NCBI GenBank assembly: GCA_964658585.1
Contig: CAZZZX010000001.1
Location: forward strand, 1 to 44,303
Reading direction: 5' to 3'
Source: an uncultured Novosphingobium sp.
Lineage (GTDB): Bacteria; Pseudomonadota; Alphaproteobacteria; Sphingomonadales; Sphingomonadaceae
Length of the DNA: 44,303 bases
Shown here piece after piece: positions 37,704-44,303 of this stretch. Position numbers and translations under genes: made by a program. Under the pieces are notes generated by a model, which was not told the DNA's origin, did no database searches, and saw nothing but the letters and a program-made list of their open reading frames with translations. The first letter of the stretch is position 1; each line of letters starts with the position of its first letter.

Positions 37704-39118
37704 AGCGTTTCACCCTAACCGCCTGCGCCGCCTTGTGCTTTTCAGGCCCTGCGTTTGCCCAGCAAGTGCCCAATGCGACCCCCGACATCCCTGTCAGCGC
37801 GCAGGACCGGTTCTACACGTCGGACCAGTTCTCCAACACCGTGTCGGTGATCGACCCATCAACCAACACGCTGCTCGGCGTCATCAAGCTCGGCGACCAG
37901 ACCCCCGCCAACCTCAGCCCGCTCTACAAGGGGCAGCTGCTTGTCCACGGCATGGGGTTCTCGCCCGATCGTAAGACGCTGGCGGCGATCTCGATCGGTT
38001 CGAACTCGGTGACGTTCATCGATACCGCGACCAATGCCGTGAAGCACACGACCTATGTCGGGCGCTCGCCGCATGAGGCGTTTTTCCGCCCCGACGGTCG
38101 CGAAGTCTGGGTCGCGGTGCGCGGCGAGGATTATATCCAGGTGCTCGACGGCAAGACCTTCGCGCCGACCACGCGCATCCCCGTCCCCAACGGCCCCGGC
38201 ATGACGATTTTCTCGCCGAACGGAAAATACGGTTACGTCTGTTCGAGCTTCACACCCGAGACCGTGGTGATCGACACCGCCTCGAAGAAGATCGTCGGTC
38301 GCGTCAAGCAGGCGAGCCCGTTCTGCCCCGACATCGCCGCGACGCCCGACGGCAAGCAGGTCTGGTTGACGCTCAAGGACGTCGGCAAGGTCATGGTGTT
38401 CGACGCCAAGCCACCCTTCGCAGTGCTGAAGACGTTCGACACCGGCGCGATCACTAACCACGTCAACATCGCCCGCACCAAGGCCGGCCAGTTCGCCTAT
38501 GTGACGGTCGGCACCGAGAATGTCGTGAAGGTGTTCCGCACCACCGACTTCGTGCAGGTCGCGAGCATCCCGGTCGGCGCGCTGCCGCACGGTCTGTGGC
38601 CGTCGGGCGACGGCTCGCGGATCTATGTCGGGCTGGAGAACGCCGACGCTGTTGCGGCGATCGACACCGCCAGCAACACCGTCATCGCGACGATTCCGAT
38701 CGGTCAGGGGCCGCAAGGCGTGGCCTATGTTCCCGGCGCGGTGCCGGTAGGCGAAGGCCGTGCAAACCTGATACCGCTCGCACAGGCCGGCATGAAGATC
38801 CAGCTGACCCTCGCCGGGACTGGCCGCAGCCAGGTCACGCTGTTCGATCAAGGCCAAGTCCAGATCCTGCAGGCGGCGGTTGCGGGCCTCAGCCCAAAGA
38901 TGCCCTATGTCCTTGGGCTATCCTCCCGCGCTGATGGTGGCGGCGTGATCCAGCCTCTGGCAAAGTTCATGACCAATCCGGCGGGCGGCGCGATCGTCAA
39001 CACGCTCGGACCGCTCCGCCAGATCGTCAGCGACGCGAAGGGCGACATGCGCCGGTACCTCGTCATTGCGTCAGGCGACCCGATGATGCCGAGCGCTGTC
39101 GTTCAGGTGCAGAAATGA
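37700..39118 (+). CDS. Exported YncE/YVTN beta-propeller protein (paralogue 2, His-rich)
   Basis: Signal peptide, seven blades (SNTVSVID, HGMGFSPD, PHEAFF.PDG, PHGLWPSGDG) and an extra C-terminal domain; ATGA overlap with DUF305. Confidence 0.88.
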   Translation: MKRFTLTACAALCFSGPAFAQQVPNATPDIPVSAQDRFYTSDQFSNTVSVIDPSTNTLLGVIKLGDQTPANLSPLYKGQLLVHGMGFSPDRKTLAAISIGSNSVTFIDTATNAVKHTTYVGRSPHEAFFRPDGREVWVAVRGEDYIQVLDGKTFAPTTRIPVPNGPGMTIFSPNGKYGYVCSSFTPETVVIDTASKKIVGRVKQASPFCPDIAATPDGKQVWLTLKDVGKVMVFDAKPPFAVLKTFDTGAITNHVNIARTKAGQFAYVTVGTENVVKVFRTTDFVQVASIPVGALPHGLWPSGDGSRIYVGLENADAVAAIDTASNTVIATIPIGQGPQGVAYVPGAVPVGEGRANLIPLAQAGMKIQLTLAGTGRSQVTLFDQGQVQILQAAVAGLSPKMPYVLGLSSRADGGGVIQPLAKFMTNPAGGAIVNTLGPLRQIVSDAKGDMRRYLVIASGDPMMPSAVVQVQK

Positions 39119-39203
39119 GGGTTCAGGTGAACCCTGCGATCTCCTGTTCGTATCCAGTATCTTGGTCATGACGCCGGTATAGGTTGCCGCAGCGTCTTGA
39201 GAC

Positions 39204-39336
39204 TGTCGGAAAACACATGATAGCCGACACCCCTGACCTGGGCCTTCGCCGAACCACACGCGCCTCGGCCCATAACGATCGACAAACCCTGTCGCTTTGA
39301 TAAAGTGTGCGACAACATGCTTTTGATGGTTTGTCG
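39204..39336. promoter_or_regulatory. Probable res site of the transposon
   Basis: Inverted repeats TGTCGG..CCGACA (39204-39229), TGTCGC..GCGACA (39290-39314) and CGACAA..TTGTCG (39310-39336) directly upstream of tnpR. Confidence 0.65.
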
Positions 39337-39339
39337 TAC

Positions 39340-39924
39340 ATGCTCGTCGGATATATGCGGGTATCGTCGGCTGACGATCGCCAAACGGTCGATCTCCAGC
39401 GGGACGCGCTAGTCGCAGCCGGCGTCGATCATCGGAATCTCCATACCGACAAGGCATCCGGCGCGCGCGACGATCGACCGGGCCTGAAAGCCTGCCTCGA
39501 CTATCTGAACGCGGGCGACACGCTGATCGTGTGGAAGCTCGACCGGCTCGGGCGCTCGCTGCCGCACCTGCTGACGATCGTCACCGACCTGAAGGCGCGC
39601 GGCATCGCGTTCCGGTCGCTGACCGAGCAGATGGATACGACCACGCCGCACGGCGAGTTGCTGTTCTCGCTGTTCGGCGCATTGGCGCAATATGAGCGTG
39701 CGCTGACTCGCGAACGGGTGATGGCGGGACTGGCCGCTGCCAAACGCCGGGGACGCCAGGGCGGTCGCCCGCCGATGATCGACGCCGAAACGCTCGAGCG
39801 GATCACCGCCGCGCTGGATGGTGGGGCGAGCAAGGCGTCCGTCTGCCGGACCTTCAAGGTGCCGCGCTCGACCCTGCTCGGAACGCTGTCGCGGATCGGC
39901 TGGACCGCACCGGCCAAAGTCTAA
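39340..39924 (+). CDS. tnpR: Serine recombinase / resolvase
   Basis: MLVGYMRVSS catalytic Ser, DRPGL, VWKLDRLGRS, GRQGGRP, C-terminal HTH. Confidence 0.95.
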   Translation: MLVGYMRVSSADDRQTVDLQRDALVAAGVDHRNLHTDKASGARDDRPGLKACLDYLNAGDTLIVWKLDRLGRSLPHLLTIVTDLKARGIAFRSLTEQMDTTTPHGELLFSLFGALAQYERALTRERVMAGLAAAKRRGRQGGRPPMIDAETLERITAALDGGASKASVCRTFKVPRSTLLGTLSRIGWTAPAKV

Positions 39925-39928
39925 TTCG

Positions 39929-42907
39929 ATGCCGCGTCGCGCCGTCCAGTCGGATGAGCAACGCGCGGCGTTGCTTGCGCTTCCCGACGACGAAACCCTG
40001 CTCGTCCAGCACTGGACATTGAGCCAGGACGATCTGGCTGTCATCGTGCGCCGGAGACGGCCGCATAACCGGCTCGGTTTCGCGATCCAGCTTTGCGCGC
40101 TGCGCTATCCCGGCCGCCTGCTTCGCCCCGGGGAACTGATTCCCGATACCCCGCTCGCATTCGTTGCCGAGCAATTGCAGGTCGAACCCGATGTGCTGGC
40201 CGACTACGCGACGCGCGGCCCGACCCGGTACGAACAGCTCGATGCGCTGCGCGACGCGTTCGGTTTCACGCCGCTCAGTCGGCCGCTGCGAACAACATTG
40301 CAGGAATGGCTCCTGCCGATCGCGCTAACGACCACCAGCGGGCCCCGGCTCGCGCGGGTGCTGCTGGATGAGTGCCGGCGACGGCGCATCATTGTGCCGG
40401 GCATCAGTTCCGTCGAGCGGATGGTCGCCCAGGCGTTGCTCGATGCCGAACGCCATGTTGCCGAGCATCTCACCCGAGGACTGGACGCCGGGCAACGCCA
40501 ACTGCTCGACGCCCTTCTTTTGCCTCATGCCGGCACGAACCAGAGCGATCTGGCCTGGGTGCGGCAACCACCCGGCAAGCCGGGCCGCAAGACGTTTGCC
40601 GCCATCATCGAGCGATTGACACTGCTTCGAGCGATCGGGATCGATCCCGATATCGCCGCAGGCGTACATCCCGAACGCCTGCGACGCCTGTGCCAGGAGG
40701 GTGCGCGGCTGACCGCGCAGCACGTTCGGACGCTGCAAGCGACACGGCGTCGCGCCACATTGGTGGCGACCATACTTGAAACCATAGTGACGCTCACCGA
40801 CGATGCGGTGCTGATGTTCGATCGCCTGCTGGGCCAGATGTTCCGGCGCGAGCAGAACAGCGCGGACACGGCGCTAAAGCGTGACCGACGTACCATCAAC
40901 GGCAAAATCCGGTTGCTCGCCCGGCTCGGCGATGCCCTGCTTGCCGCCAGGGTGTCGGGCGGCGACATCGCCGCTGCGGTCGAGGCCGCGATCGGATGGG
41001 ACGATCTCGGCCGTGAGGTCGATGAAGCCCGCAAGCTGATCCGCCCCGATGCCGTCGATCCCGTCACGATCGCCGCGACCCACTACCCCGTTCTCCGACA
41101 GGTCGGCCCCTCATTCATCGCGTCGTTCACGTTCGGGGCGGTGCCGGCCTGCCATGCGCTCGCGCGAGCGGTTGCGATCATCCGCGACCTTCATCTCGGT
41201 CGTTTGCGAAAACTGCCGTCCGATGCGCCGGTCGGCTTCATCCGACAGGCCTGGCGTCGGACGATCGGCTCCGGCCTTCCTGATCGCCGGACCTATGAAC
41301 TGTGCGTGCTGGTGGAGCTTCGCGACCGGCTGCGCGCCGGCGACATGTGGGTCGAGGGAAGCCGGCGCTATCGTGCCATCGAACAACAACTCATTTCCGG
41401 TCCCGTCTTCGCCGCCATGCGCGCGGCCGGTCCCCTGCCGATCCCGGCACCGGATACCGCCGGTGCCTGGCTGGCGGAACGACGCGCCCGCCTTGCCCGT
41501 CGATTGGCCGAGGTCGAGCGAAAGGCGGAGACGGACGCGCTGGAAGACGTGCAGCTCAGCCTCGGCAGGCTGCGGATTTCGCCGTTGAAGGCGATCACGC
41601 CCGAAGAAGCCGATACCGCGGTCGCACCGCTTTATGCCCATCTGCCCGCGATCCGCATCACCGACCTTCTTGCTGAAGTCGATCGATGGACCGGATTCAG
41701 CCAGTGCTTCACGCATCTGCAAAGTGGCCGTGTCGCCGATGAACCGCGTGCGATCCTGACGGCGGTGCTCGCGGATGCGACCAATCTGGGCCACACGCGC
41801 ATGGCGGAAGCCTGCAATGTCGTGACCCAGCGCCAGCTTGGTTGGCTCGCCTCATGGCATCTGCGCGAGGAGACCTACGGCCGCGCTCTCGCCCGGCTGG
41901 TCGATGCCCAGCACACCGCACCGCTCGCCGCCCTGTTCGGGTCCGGCACCTCGTCCAGTTCGGACGGTCAGAACTTCCCGCTCGATCGCCGCGCCCAGGC
42001 AACCGGCGCGGTCAATCCGCACAAGGGGGCAGAGCCTGCCGTCTCCTTCTACAGCCATGTCTCGGATCGCTACGCGCCGTTCCATTCCACCGTCATCTCG
42101 GCGTCCGCGAGCGAGGCCGCGCAGGTGTTGGACGGGCTGCTCCACCACGGTGCCGATCTGCATATTGAGGAGCACCACGTCGATGGCGGGGGCGTGTCGG
42201 ATCATGTGTTCGCGCTATGCCATCTGCTCGGATTTCGATTCGCGCCGCGCATCCCGAACATCGCCGCGCGCCGTCTGCACCTGTTCGACGGCATTGAGCC
42301 CGGACCCGATATCGCGCCGCTGGTCGCGGGCGGGATAGACGAAGCCCTGATTGCCGCGCACTGGAACGACGTGCTGCGTCTGGGAACATCGATCCGCACC
42401 GGCGTCGTGAGCGCGTCGATCATGCTCGAACGGCTCGGCTCCTATCCCCGCGCCAACGGCCTGGCACTCGCATTGCGCGAGATCGGCCGCGTCGAGCGTA
42501 CCCTGTTCACGCTCGACTGGATCGAGCAGCCCGAACAGCGGCGTCGCGCTACCCGCGAACTCAACAAGGGCGAGGCCGAAAATGCGCTGAAACGCGCCAT
42601 CTTCTTCCACCGGATCGGCCGTATACGCGACCATGCGCTGCAAGCGCAGAGCCATCGGGCGAACGCGCTCAATCTCGTCGCAGGTGCCATCGTCCTGTGG
42701 AACACGACCTACCTGCAAGCCGCCCGGAAGCATCTCGCCAACCTCGGCCGGCCGGTCTCCCCGGACCTGCTGCAACACCTTTCGCCGCTCGGCTGGCAGC
42801 ACATCAACCTCACCGGCGATTATCTCTGGACCGATCCCGACGCGCCATCGAAAGCCCTCAGGCCGCTCCGCCAGACCCGCGCCGTAGAAGGCCCGGCGAA
42901 ACCTTAG
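39929..42907 (+). CDS. tnpA: Tn3-family transposase
   Basis: 992 aa from ATG 39929; NRLGFAIQLC.LRYPG, SSSDGQ, H.VD..G, LNKGE, HLSPLGW.HINLTGDY; the stop lies inside the right IR. Confidence 0.97.
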   Translation: MPRRAVQSDEQRAALLALPDDETLLVQHWTLSQDDLAVIVRRRRPHNRLGFAIQLCALRYPGRLLRPGELIPDTPLAFVAEQLQVEPDVLADYATRGPTRYEQLDALRDAFGFTPLSRPLRTTLQEWLLPIALTTTSGPRLARVLLDECRRRRIIVPGISSVERMVAQALLDAERHVAEHLTRGLDAGQRQLLDALLLPHAGTNQSDLAWVRQPPGKPGRKTFAAIIERLTLLRAIGIDPDIAAGVHPERLRRLCQEGARLTAQHVRTLQATRRRATLVATILETIVTLTDDAVLMFDRLLGQMFRREQNSADTALKRDRRTINGKIRLLARLGDALLAARVSGGDIAAAVEAAIGWDDLGREVDEARKLIRPDAVDPVTIAATHYPVLRQVGPSFIASFTFGAVPACHALARAVAIIRDLHLGRLRKLPSDAPVGFIRQAWRRTIGSGLPDRRTYELCVLVELRDRLRAGDMWVEGSRRYRAIEQQLISGPVFAAMRAAGPLPIPAPDTAGAWLAERRARLARRLAEVERKAETDALEDVQLSLGRLRISPLKAITPEEADTAVAPLYAHLPAIRITDLLAEVDRWTGFSQCFTHLQSGRVADEPRAILTAVLADATNLGHTRMAEACNVVTQRQLGWLASWHLREETYGRALARLVDAQHTAPLAALFGSGTSSSSDGQNFPLDRRAQATGAVNPHKGAEPAVSFYSHVSDRYAPFHSTVISASASEAAQVLDGLLHHGADLHIEEHHVDGGGVSDHVFALCHLLGFRFAPRIPNIAARRLHLFDGIEPGPDIAPLVAGGIDEALIAAHWNDVLRLGTSIRTGVVSASIMLERLGSYPRANGLALALREIGRVERTLFTLDWIEQPEQRRRATRELNKGEAENALKRAIFFHRIGRIRDHALQAQSHRANALNLVAGAIVLWNTTYLQAARKHLANLGRPVSPDLLQHLSPLGWQHINLTGDYLWTDPDAPSKALRPLRQTRAVEGPAKP

Positions 42908-42940
42908 CGTATATCTGGGTCCGTTCTATGTACCGACCCC
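42903..42940 (-). repeat. Tn3-family right inverted repeat
   Basis: Exact reverse complement of 26847-26884. Confidence 0.95.
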
Positions 42941-42964
42941 CTTATAAAGAGGGGTCAATTCCGC

Positions 42965-42992
42965 TTATGTGATAAGTGCAATTATCACGTGT
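42965..42992. other. Candidate tyrosine-recombinase core site
   Basis: TTATGTGATAA-GTGCAA-TTATCACGTGT has 11-6-11 architecture with a perfect GTGATAA/TTATCAC core; upstream of the integrase once the transposon is removed. Confidence 0.55.
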
Positions 42993-43047
42993 TCATCTTG
43001 CGCTAGCACCGGCATGGTAGACGTGAGGTATCCTTTCAGGATACTCT

Positions 43048-44085
43048 TTGTCCATGTCGAGCGCTTATCGCGATCTTTCTGAGCCTGAGTGGACCCCGAA
43101 GCTTGCCACCGTTCTTGAGCGAGCGGCAGCGGCGATTGCTCGCCTTGATGCCCGTATTTCCGTCAGTCCCGTCGCAACGCCGTGGCAGCAACGTGCGGCG
43201 TGGACAGGCTATACAACGGCACTTCAAGCGCAAGGCGCCGAAATCGACGAAATCGATATTTTTGGCCGGGAATGTGCCGTCACATTGCCCGGACGGTCAA
43301 AGATGCCGAGCCATCTTGATGATGACCACGCACTGCGCAATTGGCACGCGCAACTGGCATCCCGGAAAGCTCGCCACTGGCGGGATGAACTCCCCATCTC
43401 TACTAAAGTCGCCGCGGACTGGGCCGAGCGTCCAGCCTTGTTGCGGGCGCTCGAGATTGTCGCCCGCCATGCACGGGCCGACAGTACGATCACACCATGG
43501 CTCACCGTCCCGTGGCTCCTGAAATCGATGAAGATCACGCACGCCGCCCTTCCATGCCTCACGATCGGTGACAAAGCCCTGCGGCTTGCTCCGCGCGACG
43601 CGCAGACGATCATCGTTCGGAATCTCCGAGCATTCGCAGATCGTGCCGAGGAGGGCCTCGTTCGACTGCGGGCGCTTGAGGACAACAGATTGCGGGCGGC
43701 CGACGCCATCCGTGATGCTCACCGTCCGGGGAAGCTCGCGACGCTTCTGAGCCTCATGCAGTTCGCGCCTGTGGCGAGTCCTCGCTTGGTCGCAGAAACG
43801 TTGGACCTGACTATTTCTGGTGCCGGAAAACTGCTGGCCCGAGCCGCAGACCTTGATCTGGTTGTCGAGGTGAGCGGTCGACAGGCCTGGCGGACCTATG
43901 TCGCGCGGGATCTCGCTTTGTCGTTTGGCTTCGTGCAGCGGTCGGTGGGACGCCCGCTTGCTCCACCAAAATATTCCGCCAATCTCGAGCCGGTGCTCCA
44001 GATGTTCGATCGCGAGATGGCGGAACTCGACGCAAAGCTGGCGAGCCTTGGACGCGCGGGTCCCGTTCACTTTCCCGGGGCGTAA
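43048..44085 (+). CDS. Hypothetical plasmid protein with C-terminal HTH (DUF1612/HTH_13-like)
   Basis: AAAAIARLDAR N-terminus; PVASPRLVAETLDLT.SGA..LL...EVSGRQAWRTY wHTH; divergent from the integrase in the empty-site reconstruction. Confidence 0.65.
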   Translation: MSMSSAYRDLSEPEWTPKLATVLERAAAAIARLDARISVSPVATPWQQRAAWTGYTTALQAQGAEIDEIDIFGRECAVTLPGRSKMPSHLDDDHALRNWHAQLASRKARHWRDELPISTKVAADWAERPALLRALEIVARHARADSTITPWLTVPWLLKSMKITHAALPCLTIGDKALRLAPRDAQTIIVRNLRAFADRAEEGLVRLRALEDNRLRAADAIRDAHRPGKLATLLSLMQFAPVASPRLVAETLDLTISGAGKLLARAADLDLVVEVSGRQAWRTYVARDLALSFGFVQRSVGRPLAPPKYSANLEPVLQMFDREMAELDAKLASLGRAGPVHFPGA

Positions 44086-44110
44086 TTTCCTATGATCTGC
44101 CAGCCGGTGC

Positions 44111-44303
44111 TCACGCCCAGTGTGCGTCCAGCACCTCTCGAATCGCCTTCTCGGCATCCTCGCGTGAAGCACCGCCTTTGTTGAGCAGCGTCAATCGGAC
44201 TCCTTTACGATCAGCTCCTTCGATGCGCAGCACCGCTTTACCGGCCGCGCTCGAGACGGTCTGCGCCATTCCTGACTTCTTGGGGGATCCTGACCTTTTG
44301 GGG
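44111..44303 (-). CDS. 3' end of a gene entering from the right, possibly a ParB/RepB C-terminus
   Basis: Manual translation PKRSGSPKKSGMAQTVSSAAGKAVLRIEGADRKGVRLTLLNKGGASREDAEKAIREVLDAHWA*; the identity is only a guess. Confidence 0.4.
   Translation of the reverse strand, partial: PKRSGSPKKSGMAQTVSSAAGKAVLRIEGADRKGVRLTLLNKGGASREDAEKAIREVLDAHWA

Larger units (their letters stand above)
26847..42940 (+). mobile_element. Tn3-family transposon, 16,094 bp, with sulfite/fluoride cargo
   Basis: Perfect 38-bp terminal IRs, flanking direct repeat CTTATA (26841-26846 and 42941-42946), tnpR + tnpA at the right end. Confidence 0.95.

Noticed and set aside
1-44303. CRISPR array, tRNA or rRNA genes
   Set aside because: No regularly spaced repeats or tRNA/rRNA signatures were seen by eye
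44270-44303. Short tandem repeat TCCTGAC...TGGGG as iterons
   Set aside because: It lies in frame within a coding region (PKRSGS/PKKSG) and only two copies are visible

Overview
This looks like an alphaproteobacterial (sphingomonad-like) conjugative plasmid segment; the host and replicon are inferred. From left to right it carries the following. (1) The 5' end of a probable AbiEi-type antitoxin gene and an LPD7 protein. (2) A complete virB1-virB11/virD4 type IV secretion operon with an entry-exclusion lipoprotein and an orphan LuxR. (3) An accessory block: a DUF3644/HEPN-like protein, an MFS transporter, a methyltransferase and a XerCD dif-like site. (4) A type III CBASS anti-phage operon (CdnC-like cyclase, HORMA, TRIP13-like AAA+ ATPase, nuclease-SAVED effector). 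It is transcribed back-to-back with a four-gene RHH / GNAT / XRE-HTH / ImmA-IrrE peptidase module, which is the best candidate for an undescribed system. (5) A tyrosine recombinase. (6) An intact 16.1-kb Tn3-family transposon (perfect 38-bp IRs, CTTATA duplication). Its cargo is two sulfite-oxidase-family enzymes, a cytochrome c, a TDT exporter, a LysR, malate dehydrogenase, a fluoride riboswitch with a CLC-F exporter, a DUF305 protein and two paralogous beta-propellers. (7) Plasmid backbone genes. All family calls come from motif recognition by eye; no database search was run.
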